From Felis catus (lineage: Eukaryota), in NCBI RefSeq assembly GCF_018350175.1, contig NC_058368.1:74836001-74900000 (forward strand): a DNA stretch of 64,000 nucleotides. Direction: 5' to 3'. A model generated the notes under the pieces. It was not told the DNA's origin and did no database searches. It worked only from the letters and a program-made list of their open reading frames with translations. Below, one piece after another: positions 1 to 12,829 of the stretch. The translations under genes were made by a program, and so were the position numbers. Within the stretch, counting starts at the first letter, position 1, and the number at the start of each line of letters is the position of its first letter.

Positions 1-1376
1 CCTTCAGAGCAAAGAGCAAACTGACTTGTCTTCCCACAGAAGCAATAGATTTCTCAAGCTAAGTGTTCCTTTCTTGCAATGCAGCCCAGGGCGCGTGCAA
101 GTGTCCATCATGGACCATTGGCATCATCCCAGTGGCCGAGCAAGCTGACAGAAATAGACGTGAAACTGACTACTGCTGCTTGTCTGTTATCAGCCAGCCC
201 TGTGTCTTCTGCCAATACCTATGAACCTGGGGCAGGCAAACTTGTTGGCTTGCAAGTAGAATCAAACCCTAGACCTTGAGCAGTTCTTGAGAGTGGCCGC
301 TTTCTCACCTATGGTTTCCCTCGAAAATTCAGAAATAGCAATGATTACAAAATGGCAACCTGGATTACTGTCCCAGGTGCAGATTGCCTACTAGAACAAT
401 ATGAAAAAGACACAGCTCATGCTCTATGTGCGCAAAGTATAATGACCAACGGCAATTAATTTATCCAATGACTAGAGATTCCCTGAAGTAGAAATCATGC
501 CATACAGATCTTCTGCATTCTTTGTAGACCTAAGTTGGGTATCAGGTTATAGCTACATTTCAGTAGGTTCTCACTGAGAGTTACTTATCAGTGATAATAT
601 TTCCTTCTTTGGTGCTCAAGTATCACCTAAGAATTCCCAAACAATAATTCAAAAGTAAATGACTTCCCCAGATCCCACACTTTCTCGATTTGTTTTCTTT
701 TCTTCCACCATCTCCAGAAATATAATTAATTTAGTCTGAGAGTTTTTTTTTTTTTTTTTACAATTGCTGCCCCTAGCCTGTGGCCTTTCCAACAACGTAC
801 CTCTGAGAGCATCTGGAAACTTAGTTGAGCAGAGAGCTATAGCCAGGCCTTCTGTTCACATGCACCAAATGCAACACATTGGCTCGTTGGCTCCCAGAGA
901 GCACTCTGCTCACTGTTGGTGTGACCATGGCCCTAAGCCAAACCTTGCTGTGGTCACATTAGTCCTTAGCGAGAAAGAGAAAACTATCCGTCATAATGAC
1001 TTTTTAGTTATAGTTTCAGAATCCCAATTATTAACAATATTTTTTCCCATGGTGAAAAATAAAATGATGTAAACATTAATATCGTAATTAAGGCTTTGGT
1101 ATCGTCTCAGACAGCCTTCACCAGGGCATTTGTATAGGTCACAAGAAACTCTCAGAGGCAGCTACACAAAGCTAAAGGTGGATTTAAAGGGATGACAAAA
1201 TATTATCAATGAAGGGTCCTTCCAGATCAGTGAGGTCACTTGATTTCTTACTGTATATTTCTATAGAACCAAGATTGATGTCTTTCCAACCAGAAGTCTT
1301 ATAGTTCATAAGACATCTATAAATTGTATGTGTACTTTACCTCTGCTAATTGCAACTAGTTAATAATGATCTTCAG

Positions 1377-1599
1377 GGGGCGCCTGGGTGGCGCAGTCGG
1401 TTAAGCGTCCGACTTCAGCCAGGTCACGATCTCGCGGTCCGGGAGTTCGAGCCCCGCGTCAGGCTCTGGGCTGATGGCTCAGAGCCTGGAGCCTGTTTCC
1501 GATTCTGTGTCTCCCTCTCTCTCTGCCCCTCCCCCGTTCATGCTCTGTCTCTCTCTGTCCCAAAAATAAATAAGCGTTGAAAAAAAAAATTTAAAAAAA
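1377..1599 (+). mobile_element. Can-SINE, young felid SINEC_Fc-type
   Basis: GGGGCGCCTGGGTGGCGCAGTCGGTTAAG head, (CT)n region, AATAAA/poly-A tail; TSD aataatgatcttcag at ~1362 and ~1600. Confidence 0.97.
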
Positions 1600-1717
1600 A
1601 ATAATGATCTTCAGGATGACATATATCCCAGAATTTAAAAATAGTCCTTGATTTTGGTATGACATTGACAAAGAGTCCTTTGTAAGTGCTCATTAGAAAA
1701 AATATAGATCCATCTAT

Positions 1718-1930
1718 TCTTTAATGTTTATTTTTTTTTGAGAGAGAGAAAGACCAGAGTGTGAGTAGGAGAAGAGCAGAGAGAGAGAGAGGGAGACACA
1801 CAATCTGAAGCCGTGTCCAGGCTCCGAGCTGTCAGCACAGAGTCCAATGTGGGGCTTGAACCCACGAACAGTGAGATCATGGCCTGAGCACAATTTGAAT
1901 GCTTAACTGACTCAGCCACCCAGACGCCCC
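1718..1930 (-). mobile_element. Can-SINE, older
   Basis: Reverse-complement Can-SINE ending ...gccacccagacgcccc; diverged. Confidence 0.93.
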
Positions 1931-2384
1931 TCTCCAGTTATTATCCTAACCTCAGCTTTCATTTGAAATAAGGTAGAGAGAAAAACACATATAAAACATA
2001 CACATTTAAAATAAAAATGTGTACATATAAAAAGACATATAATCCCATGTCCCAGAAAGGAAATGTATCATTTTTCCATTCCTTTGGAGCATTGCACATG
2101 ATTTTCGTATTATTCTTAAAATGATTTTTTGGAAGATCATTTGGATGTTGATTTTTTCCATGCTGTTAGTTAATTTTTGTAACAATGAGAATTTATAAGA
2201 AATATAAGTGACTTTCACATAATGTTATATTCAGAAGGTGTCAAAGTATAAATATGATGAGGTTTGCACTACACTCCATTACCCAAAGGTAATTCCTGCC
2301 TTTGGGAGAAGCTAATTTGCATTTTCTAGGATCTGCCCCAGAACTGCCTTACTGTGCATCACCATGTTGGGCTCTGGAACTCTT

Positions 2385-3160
2385 TTTCTTTGCTGGTGGG
2401 AATGCAAAATGGTGCAGCCATTTTGGAAGACAGTTCACTGATTGTTTTACGAAACTAAATACACTCCTTGGTGCTTATCTGAAGGAGTTGAAAACTTATG
2501 TCTACACACAAACCTGGACATGAGCATTTATGGTAGCTTTATTTGTCATTGTCAAAACTCGGAAGCAATGAAGATGTCCTTTAGTAGGTGAATGAATAAA
2601 TAAACAATGGTCCATCCGGGCAATGGAATATTATCCAGCACTAAAAAGAAACAAGCTGTGATGCCATGAAAAGGCATGCAAGGAACTTTAAACACATACG
2701 ACTAAAGGGACGAAGCCAATATGAAAAGGCTACATATGGTATGATTCTAAGCATATGACGTTCTGGAAAAGGCAAAACTATGGACAGTAAAGAGATCGGT
2801 AGTTGCCAGGGCTGGGTTGAGGGAATCAACAGGCAGAGCACAGAGGACTTTTAGAGCAATGAAAATACTCTGTATGATATCATAATGATAGACACATGTC
2901 ATTACACATGTCATTTGTCATTGCCAAAACCCATAGAATGTACATTTCTAAGAGTGAACCCTTATGTAAACTATGGACTTTGAGTAATTACCAGATGTCA
3001 ATATTGGCTCATCAATTGGAATAAATGTACCATTCTGGTATGGGATGTTGAAGACGGGGGAGGTTATGCAATTGTGGGGCAAAGGGCATATGGGAAATCT
3101 CTGCAACTTGCCCTCAGTTTTGCTGTGGCCTTTAAATTGCTCTAAAAAAAACAAAGCCTT
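2385..3160 (+). mobile_element. L1 (L1M, L1MB/MC-like) ORF2 end and 3' UTR fragment
   Basis: Typical L1M text tgctggtgggaatgcaaaatggtgcagcca...gtaaactatggactttg..., ending in an A-rich tail. Confidence 0.88.
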
Positions 3161-3225
3161 AAAAAATTATTTCTATTTTTACAAAAGAAAAAATACAAAT
3201 ATCTGACTTATTTTACAACCTTCTT

Positions 3226-3441
3226 TTTTTTTTTTTTTCAACGTTTATTTATTTTTGGGACAGAGAGAGACAGAGCATGAACGGGGGAGGGGCAGAGAGA
3301 GAGGGAGACACAGAATCGGAAACAGGCTCCAGGCTCCGAGCCATCAGCCCAGAGCCTGACGCGGGGCTCAAACTCACGGACCGTGAGATCGTGACCTGGC
3401 TGAAGTCGGACGCTTAACCGACTGCGCCACCCAGGCGCCCC
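3226..3441 (-). mobile_element. Can-SINE, young
   Basis: Near-consensus copy; TSD ttttacaaccttctt 3211-3225 / 3444-3458. Confidence 0.97.
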
Positions 3442-3499
3442 TTTTTTACAACCTTCTTAAGAGGATCAAATACAAACTTGAATGCAGTTTATAAGAGCA

Positions 3500-3680
3500 T
3501 TAATAATAATAAAAAAACAACTATGTGCCAGTCATTGCTACACATACACAATGTTTTAAATATATTAACGTGGTCCTTACTATAAGCCTATGATGTAGAT
3601 ATCATTACACTGACACTTCAGGTGAGGAAATTAAGGCACTGAGGAGTTGAATAACATATTAAAGTCATACAGCTTGCACA
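3500..3680 (-). mobile_element. MIR fragment
   Basis: caggtgaggaaattaaggcactgaggagttgaataac...aagtcatacagct resembles the MIR core. Confidence 0.65.
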
Positions 3681-3818
3681 ATTTCCAGAATTAATTAACA
3701 CACAATCCCTCTGCTCAATGTGTTTGGGGACAATTTGGATTCTCAGGTGAGGGTCTGGGATGTTCCAACCCTTGGATTTCCTGTGGTATGGGTTCACCTT
3801 GAAATAGTAGGAATTTTA

Positions 3819-4036
3819 GGGGCGCCTGGGTGGCTCAGTCGGTTAAGCGTCCGACTTCAGCCAGGTCATGATCTCACGGTCCGGGAGTTGGAGCCCCGCG
3901 TCAGGCTCTGGGCTGATGGCTCAGAGCCTGGAGCCTGTTTCCGATTCTGTGTCTCCCTCTCTCTCTGCCCCTCCCCCGTTCATGCTCTGTCTCTCTCTGT
4001 CCCAAAAATAAATAAACGTTGAAAAAAAAAATTTAA
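3819..4036 (+). mobile_element. Can-SINE, young
   Basis: TSD gaaatagtaggaatttt 3801-3817 / 4037-4053. Confidence 0.97.
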
Positions 4037-4347
4037 GAAATAGTAGGAATTTTTGGCAGTAGTTTAGAAAACTCAGGTTTCATCACAAAAGATGTACATC
4101 CAGGAGGCACTCTAAAATTACCAAATACAGGAGTGCTGAAGAGCCTTGTGATATGAGCTGAGGAAGAGGTGACAGAAAGTGCTGATCTGATGGGGAACAC
4201 ACTAGTCTCCGAGTCTATCTCTGACCATCCCCGAGTCAACATGTAAGAAATAATCAGGTTTCTTCCAGAAGTTGCTGAAAAATTATGGTTGCCTTTTCCA
4301 TGTAGCATGAGGCAAGATTCGTTCACTGGTCTGACCTACTCAAATTT

Positions 4348-4349
<2 letters not shown>

Positions 4350-4396
<47 letters not shown>
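4350..4396. repeat. Compound (TA)n(GA)n microsatellite
   Basis: Seen directly in sequence. Confidence 0.95.
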
Positions 4397-4399
<3 letters not shown>

Positions 4400-5829
4400 T
4401 GAGTAGTTGGTGAAAGAATCTCTATCAGGATAAACACTGGAACTTTTCCTGTTGTCTCCAAATCACTAAAGCCTGGAAGTTAACAAGAGTCAATGACCTT
4501 ATCTTCCCTTCTAAAGAGTTAGGAGTTTTAAGTCACTCGATCAGTGATTATCAAATCTTACAGTGCACAGATCAGTAGCTCTAGGTATCCTTAGTACAAG
4601 GTGTCTTCGCTAATTGAGTAGCCAAAAATTTACAAAGAGGAATGTGTTGTGTTATTTCCCAGACCATTTCCACGCGGTAGAAATGGTGTACAATTCTCCG
4701 CACCCCAGCCAAGGGTGGCGGCCTCCAAGAACACACAAAACTTGGGGGATGATTTACACAAGACAAGATGCTTGTTGTCAGTCATACTCCAAATTATAAC
4801 CAGAAGTAGTCAAACATTAGGAAATTCTTAGAAAAGTTGGGATGCACAGCAGGCAATTCCTATACATGCTGATGGAGGCAGGTGTCTGTTTCAAGCCTGA
4901 AGGAGCCCCAGACGGGAAGCAGGCTGGATGAGTCACAAAGCTAAGGCAAGAAGAAAGGTAGCAGTGGGAGAAACAAGTGGTTTTTGGGACAAGAAATTAT
5001 ATATTTTTATTTGGGACGAGTGGCCTCTCCAGGAGGTAACTTTGCTATCATTATCTTGACAAAAAAAACCTGACCCACAGTAGCTACCTCCCTGGGCAAG
5101 GTGATCCCAAATGTGTAACCTTGGGCAGGGCTGAGGAAAGGTCGGAAGCGACGGAGTCCCTGGGAAGTGCATGATGTCGGTAAGGAAAGAACACCCTGGA
5201 AGGCATGCAGTGGCCTGCAGAAACAAAGGGCAGTGGGTGAGTGGGGAGGCCCCCAAGTGCCAAAAGCAGATCTTCCCTCTTCCTTTGAAACCCCTCCCCC
5301 GCGACGCTAACCCTGAAGGAGAGGCAGAGACAGGAGGGGTAAGAAAGGAAAGGAATTTGGTGGCTGCCCTCCTTCTTCCTCGCATGCCCAGCTCCAGCAC
5401 GGTCTCAGAAGGGACAGGGCAGAGGCGTGTGATGGAAGACAGATTACAATTTTAACTGAGACCAGATTAGAATGAAAATGACCAGCAAGCTACTGGATTT
5501 TCCCAAGATGCTCCTAAGTGTCAGGGAAGGGAAATTGACAAAACATGTTTCAGGGCAACAATGGTGATAAAAAATAAAACGTGATATTCAGAGCTGAGCC
5601 CAGCCCCAAAGCTAGCTGCTCTTACTTGCTCTTGCTCGGGGTTTTTACAACTTCCATGTGCATTCTCCATACCCTCTTCTTGTTGCATGAAGAATGACGC
5701 TAATTCTGCAAATCCCCAATGCTACTTTTAATAACTATTGTTCTTAGAGGTTTAAAGGTGCATGTGGGAGAAATGATAGCATTTCTTAATGTACAACAGA
5801 CCTTATGACTATTTTGCAATGATTTTTTT

Positions 5830-5853
5830 AAACTAAGTGTTTACTTATTTTTT

Positions 5854-5901
<48 letters not shown>

Positions 5902-6067
5902 TGAGAGTGGGGAAGGGGCAGGGAGAGAGGAGACACAGAATCTGAAGCAGGCTCCAGGCTCTGAGCTCTCAGCACAGAGCCTGATGTAGGTCTCGAACTC
6001 ACAAACCATGAGATTGTGACCGGAGCTGAAGTTGGACGCTTAAACCCACTGATCTACCCAGGCTCCC
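5830..6067 (-). mobile_element. Can-SINE with expanded (GA)n
   Basis: TSD ttttgcaatgattttttt 5812-5829 / 6068-6085. Confidence 0.95.
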
Positions 6068-8236
6068 TTTTGCAATGATTTTTTTTTGTCAGTCTTGGAA
6101 ATAACTGGGAAGTTGGTTCATGATTTTCATAACTGGATAGTATCACAACACCTATCTAGTCAAACCTGTTCTGATCTGTTTTTGAGACAAATTTCATGAG
6201 TGCTAAATAGAGCAAATCCTCGGGAGCACTCGTCAAACCACGATACCGTAAAATACTTTGGCTGTGCAAAGTAACATATTTATCCACCTGCTCTCCCATC
6301 TCTATTGATTTATCAGACTTGGCTGTGTCCTAACCTTAGAGAAATGCACTGTGGGACCACCCATACGGGGCAGCATTCGATAAACAAAAGGTGTTGGGAA
6401 GGGCAAGCTCCTTTGGAGCTCTGTGCACCTGTTGAGGGTGGATCCGTGCTCCTGTGCCCAGTGCCTGCTCGCGGATGCTTGCTGCGAGGCTGCTTCCTAC
6501 CCTCTGAGCCTTGTTGTCTTGCCAACCATAGAAGCTGACATTTTTCCTCTTATTTGCTTTCGCATTTAGAAAAGGTTCGGAGGAGCACCTGAGGGACAGA
6601 CAGCAGAGAGGAGCTGGCGGCAAAAGGGAAAAGAAAAGCCACAAAAAACAGAGACTTCTCCCCCAACCCCAAACACAAAGCAAACGGGAAAAAAAATACA
6701 AAATAAAAAGAGGAACAAAACTTTAGGGAACAGTAGAAATGTCTCTGTCGTGTTGATTTGAGAATCATTTGAAGTGAATTGTGTCCAACCAGGAGCCATA
6801 CCTGAGAGAAAACTGGAGGTGGGGAAGGGTATCGAATGTCTCTCTTTATCTAGTTCTTAAAATAGACCAGGAGGTTCTATAATTTTTCAAACAAGCAGTA
6901 AGTAATTTTATTACATCCATATTTACAAAGCACTGGCGTATACGATATGCATGGCCTTAATAAGTAGATGAATATAAAATAAATACATGTGAAACATACA
7001 GAACGTATAGGCATATATAAATAATGCAAATATATGTGTATAGGCATGTGTATATATGTGTGTGTATATTTAATGCCTTTATATGTGTGTATGCTATAAG
7101 TGCCTAGACACCATCCATGGATATGGATGTATATATTCAACCTCCTTCAGTTGAACATTTGCATTCCCTTTTATATTGCTTTTTGCTTATACAATTGTGT
7201 ATTAAATGTCTGTTGTTTAAAAATACTAAAACCGTTCTGTTTTTATGTGGCGTATAACTCATACTAGAGGACCGGCCTTGAAGATTTTGAATTACTTTTC
7301 TATAAAATGTGTACAGCATTTGGGAGTTAGCAAATCCTGTGATCTTACAATGAGTCTCAAATGTGCTCTAGTGAAAGTCTGCCTTCACGTGGATCCTTCC
7401 TTTACTTTTCCCCAGGTATGTTATCGGTCCTCTATAACTACCTTGCAGACTACTCCTCTAAGTAAGTCAAGACTTTCTTTTCAAAGAGATGTCATTAAAA
7501 GACACATGTCTGCTCTCCCTGGCATAATAATGGCACAAAGTCAATCTAGGATAAATAGTTCCAGTTTCCAAGTATGTGTCTCTGCATTAGGGAAAGACAC
7601 GCCGTGCACACTAGTTGGAAATGTGGTTCTTTGCAATGCCGGCACACCAGAAGGCAGAAATCCGCTAGCTTGGCCCAGGAGAATAGATTGCTTCGGAGCA
7701 GGGCTGATAACAGGTGGAAGAAAAAACAGATGTGGAGTCCGTTTTAAAAAACCGATGGCAAGAAAACGCATGTGTTGGGGAGAACACTGAGCTGGTAACA
7801 CTAAAAAGAAGTAGAAGTAAGAGCTCACCTGTGACCGCCGAGGAAGAGGGACAGACACCACTTCAGATTCCCAGAGTTGGCTGTGGTCTCCCGTTAGTCT
7901 TGCCAAAGGGGGCTCCATCTGTCACAGTAGAGGACAGGGCACGAAGGTCTTTGCTGTCTTTTAGGAAGACCGCAGCACACGGTGCCCGGTGAAGGAGGTC
8001 ACCATCGGGGAGACGGTATAAACTGAGTGTGTCCCCTGCAAGGGTTATGCCGAGCTCTGGGTCTGGTACACACTCTAGCCATATCCAATAGGCATCCCTG
8101 CTGTGTGGTCACATCACCGGTAACACCACAATGGGTGTTGTTTCAATGGGCTTGAAGACAGTGCCAGCCTCTGTGTTCTCATTTGTTAAATGAGTGCACT
8201 AACTGAAGTGTTTAGGAGAACATACAACGGTCACCT

Positions 8237-8448
8237 TTTTTTTTTTTTAATGTTTATGTATTTTTTGAGAGAGAGACAGAGCATGAGTGGGGGAGGGGCA
8301 GAGAGCGAGGGAGACACAGAATCTGAAGCGGGCTCCAGGCTCTGAGCTGTCAGCACAGAGCCCGATGCGGGGCTCGAACCTACGAACCAAGAGATCATGA
8401 CCTGAGCTGAAGTCGGACGCTCAGCCGACGGAGCCACCTAGGCGCCCC
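8237..8448 (-). mobile_element. Can-SINE
   Basis: Full-length; TSD aacggtcacct / aactgtcacct. Confidence 0.95.
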
Positions 8449-8904
8449 AACTGTCACCTGTTTTTAGTATTTCTGCTGCTGTTACTGTTGATAGACACAT
8501 CCCCATTCTGCCGCCTTCTGTGCTGGGCATGGGGGAGTTGTTCTTCTGGCCTCACTGAATAAGGTGGGTTTTGAAGGGACCTGTAGCAAGATCTGGGTTC
8601 CAAGAAGGGACGTCTGTGTCTTTGAAAAGTGGCGGCAAATGTGATCAGAAGACGAGCAGCACCTCTGCATTAGGTGGCCCCTGATGCTTTATCTTGTTAC
8701 TTCTCCACCTAGTGTTAGTTTGTTTAAAGAGAAGTTAGAAAAGGGTCCTCAAGAAGAGGAAAGTACCCCAGGAAAGTGTTAATATGGTGAAGAGGGAAAA
8801 TGTTAGAATAAGGAAGATGTGAAATATGGGATCACTGTGTCCACTTGGGACAGTGAAGGGAAGGCATTGTATCATCTAGCATTGCGGGATGATGTTTGTT
8901 TGTT

Positions 8905-9089
8905 TATTTTAATGTTTACTTATTTATTCTGAGAGAGAGAGAGAGAGTGAGAGAGAGTGAGAATCCGAAGCAGGGTCCACACTGTCAGTACACAGCCAGA
9001 TGTGGGGCTCAAACCCACGAACTGTGAGATCACAACCTGAGCCGACATCAGGAGTAGAACGTTTAACCAACTGAGCCACCCAGGATCCC
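8905..9089 (-). mobile_element. Can-SINE, older
   Basis: Diverged reverse Can-SINE. Confidence 0.9.
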
Positions 9090-9404
9090 AGGCCGGTGTT
9101 TATTTCAAGCATTTTTAAGAGAGAATAAATATTTGAAAGGAGGCAGTCTTAAAACGCCGAATGCATACTGCACGGTTTTTCAAAGGCTGGCAGTTTATGC
9201 AGATGTAAGAAACATCTGTTATGTTTAAAGTGTACAAATAGCTTCAATTCAATGACACAAGGGCCTGAAAAGACAACGTACTTGAGTCTGGAATGCTTGC
9301 ACTTTGGAGAAAAAAAGAAAACTGAGCAGCATGGGTCCAAACTACCCTTGGCTGTGCCCATTTTGGAAAATGTGTCAAAAGTTAAAGATTTTTTTTGTAA
9401 TTTT

Positions 9405-9670
9405 TTAAATAGTATGCTAACTGCAATGTGGTATCCTGGGTTGGATCCTGAAATGCACAAAAACAGCAGTTGAAAAACTGGTGAACTCTAAACAGGCAGG
9501 AGTTTAGTCATATTGTATCAATGTCAATTTCTTAGTTTTGACAAGTAGGCTGATTCTTCAAGATGTTAACTTTAGGGGAAATTGGGGGAAACACATTCAA
9601 GAACTCTCTGGGATATCTTTCAACTTTTCTCATACATCTACAATAGATCCACACTTTAAGTTTATTTTTT
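9405..9670 (+). mobile_element. Old L1M 3' UTR fragment
   Basis: aatgtggtatcctgggttggatcctgaa...gaactctctgggatatctttcaacttttc is L1MC/ME-like 3' end text. Confidence 0.7.
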
Positions 9671-10394
9671 TATAAATTGGGATTTTTGAAGATGTCTCTG
9701 AAAGTGGAATAAAAACATAAAAACAGTTTCTTTTTTCCCAAGTGCTAGACAAATATCATTCAGTCTTTTTTCTAATGCTTTGTCGTTGTTGCTGTTCTAT
9801 ATTTTCAGCTACTGAGTATTGGCTAATGCAGTGGGATGAAAACTAGAAAAAAAAATCCTCAAAATTTGTTACAAATGTCCACCCTTGAGTACAGCTTGTT
9901 TGGGGGCTTTTGATTAACGATAAGGAAGCTTCCGTAGAACTTAACAAATTCACTCTTCATTAAATCTCTCTGTACCTAATTTTTAAGAAAGATATTTCAT
10001 GGTGAAAAGCTGTAACTTACGCATGCAAAATATTTTAAATTTTTGAGGCATAGTTAGAGAAATTAAGCCTAAGGGAACCAGTTTGTACGAATGCTAATGA
10101 AGCTGAGTGCTTGACAGATTTTTCTAAAATCAGGCAGATTTTTCTAAACAGTGAAAAGTGGAGGTTCTCAGGTCTGCCCATTAAACTCCTGCCCATTAAA
10201 CACTGGCTCACGTGAAGGTATTCTTGCGAGGCATCTTGTCCAGGTTGACACCAAGAATAGTGCTCAAGTGTCGAAGATGTAGTTTTGGAAGTATGGTACA
10301 CATCTCTGTAATTGTTTAAAGATTCTTTGCAGATCAATTCTCAATTTTCCTTAAACCTCCCCATGTCTTAGTTCATTGTAATCCGTAGATTATA

Positions 10395-10949
10395 GAGTTG
10401 ACCCTTGAGCAACATGGCTTTCAATTGCATGGGTCCACTTCTGTGTGGATTTTTTGTTTTGTTTTTGTTTTGTTTTGATAAATATATATACAGTACTGTA
10501 AATGTAGTTTCTCTAACTTATGATTTTCCTTTTTATAATTGTTTTAACATGTATTTATTTTTGAGAGACAGAGGGAGACAGAGCACAAGCAGGGGAGGGG
10601 CAGAGAGAGAGGGAGACCCAGAATCCAAAGCAGGCTCCAGGCTCTGAGCTGTCAGCACGGAGTCCGAAGCTGGGCCCGAACCCATGAACCGTGAGATGGT
10701 GACCTAGGCAGAAGTAAGACTCAACGCAGGTGCCCCTAACTTAGGGTTTTCTTAACGTTTTCTTTTCCCTAGCTTACTTTGTTGTAAGAATATAAGGTAT
10801 AATACAATAGTGTTAATAGACTTTTCATCAGTGGGGCTTCTTGTCAACAGACTATTAGTAAAGTTTTGGGGGAGTCAAAAGTTATAAACAGATTTTCAAC
10901 TGTGCAGGGATTGGAGCCCCCAACCTCTGCCTAGTTTGAGGGTCACCTG
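10395..10949. mobile_element. Tigger2a-like (TcMar-Tigger) non-autonomous DNA transposon, interrupted by a SINE
   Basis: Terminal inverted repeats gagttgacccttgagc...gtttgagggtcacctg, preceded by TA; internal ttttgggggagtcaaaagttata typical of Tigger2/MER28. Confidence 0.8.
10530..10736 (-). mobile_element. Can-SINE nested in Tigger
   Basis: Degenerate TSD taacttatgattttc / taacttagggttttc. Confidence 0.9.
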
Positions 10950-12029
10950 GAATTGTTAAATTTGTAAACCTTTTTACCATTTAGCGATTTCATGTCAGAA
11001 TGTCTTATTTAATCTGTACAAACACCAAGGATTTATACTCAGTTTACATTAGATACCGGATGGCTTATTCAACCAGGAATCAGCCAACTCAAGGTTCTAA
11101 CTCGTATTTTGATTTCAAATACAGTGATTTAGCTTCTGTTGTACTATTTATGATAGCTAAAAATTTGATTTAGTGATATATGTGTATTCTGTTTGTTGGG
11201 AGACCGAAAGGTTGGCGTATAAGAGTTGTGTATTTAGATATTGTCTTCATTTGCCAAAACTATTCTGCTTCAAATTGGGTATAAATTTGAAAGGGATATT
11301 TGGGAAAATGGTAGGATTCTTCCTGAATTTTGAAATTTGCTCCATAGGAAAGATGCAGCAGCTGTAATAGGGCAAGAAAGTTATGTATGCATTTTTCTTG
11401 ATGCTTTTGGGGCTATTATTCTATTTTTAAAACATACTTTCCTTTTGGTGGCTTTTTGTGGAAACTCATGCAACTTTGAACAACATAATTAAATCATAAG
11501 TGAGAAAGCCCTGCCAAAAGTAGCATTCATAATGCTTTACTCATTTTAAGGGCCGATGATATTTTAAAGAAAAATGATCAAAATAATACCTCCAACATAC
11601 CCTCCCTGTTTTGAAAAGTTCCAGGTGCTTGGGATTCTCTGGCAAAGTAGGAGATGGTCTTGACATTTGCCCAGAATAAGAGAGAAATACTCTACATTCA
11701 AGTTTATAACTTAGCCTTGTATCAATTTTAATTCTTTCTAGAAAATGCAAACATGAACTCTTTTGATACATTTAAGTTAATACACCACAGAATATGTACA
11801 ATTTTCTTTCTTATTTTTCTTCTAACAGTTCCGCATCGCCTTTTTTTAGCTTTTTCTCTGATGTTCTGTTAACAGCTCTAGGTAACCGCTGGGTTATTTT
11901 CTGGTATATATTTTACATATTTTTCTACATCCAGCTGAGGGTTTGAGTTGCAATTTTGTTTCCTTTTGTGTCTTCCTTTCCCCCCCTTTGTCTTCATCTC
12001 TGATTGGTTGATTTTTGAGGTAAGAGCCC

Positions 12030-12440
12030 TTTACAATATTGTTATTTATAGGCACAGTGTTGTGACACATCTCTAGGAGCAATCACTTTGGTAACTGAAA
12101 GGTTATACTCCTTGAACAAAATCTCCCCATTTACCCCTCCCCCCAAGCCACTGGTAACCCTACCCACCTCTGTGCTTCTATGTGTTTGACTATTTTAGTT
12201 TTTTTTTTTAAATTTAATGTTTATTTATTTTGAGAGAGAGGGAGCGACAGAGTGCGAGCAGGGAAGGGGCAGGGAGAGAGGGAGACACAGAATCTAAAGC
12301 AGCTCCAGGCTCCGAGCTGTCAGCACAGAGCCCGACGTGGGGCTGAAACTCACCAGCCTGGAGATGACAACCTAAGCCAAAGCGTCAGTGGACTAAGCCC
12401 CCCAAGCGCCCCTGTGTCTGACTATTTTAGATTCCTCCTA
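12030..12440 (-). mobile_element. L1MA-like 3' UTR fragment interrupted by a SINE
   Basis: taactgaaaggttatactccttgaacaaaatctcccc...tatgtgtttgactattttagattcc. Confidence 0.7.
12199..12412 (-). mobile_element. Can-SINE
   Basis: TSD tgtgt(t/c)tgactattttag 12181-12198 / 12413-12430. Confidence 0.95.
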
Positions 12441-12829
12441 GAGGGGAGCCATGCATTTATTTCCCTTCCTCCACTACAGGGAGGAATCTTGAGAATAGCA
12501 TCCTCTGATTTCTCTTTAACCAAGTTAGCCCAGTGATTATTATTACTTTGTTACAGATGTAAACAGTGACACTGTTTGGCCTATAGGATGAAATCCACAC
12601 TGGGTAGAATAATACCCAGACCCTTTTGTTGTCAAGCTCTGATCCAGTTTGTTCCATCCCTATTCTCTCCTGCTTCTTCCCCGGCAATTTAGACCAAAGC
12701 CAGGCCACATTGTGTGTGGTTCTCTGAAGCCATCTTATTCTTTTAAAATTCACTGATTCCTTGGCTTCCTTCTGCCTGAAATGCATTTTCAGGGTTTTTT
12801 CTACCAGACTAATTCCTACTCATCCGTGT

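Noticed and set aside
1377..1460. tRNA-like A/B boxes at SINE heads
   Set aside because: These are the tRNA-derived heads of Can-SINEs and continue into the SINE body; not tRNA genes.
6570..6761. Open Lys-rich plus-strand frame after an AG
   Set aside because: Explained by the A-rich, T-poor complement of a minus-strand pyrimidine tract.
7245..7790. 181-aa plus-strand ORF
   Set aside because: Non-ATG start, no recognisable domain, random-like composition.
10173..10201. Short tandem duplication ctgcccattaaac x2
   Set aside because: Ordinary slippage duplication.
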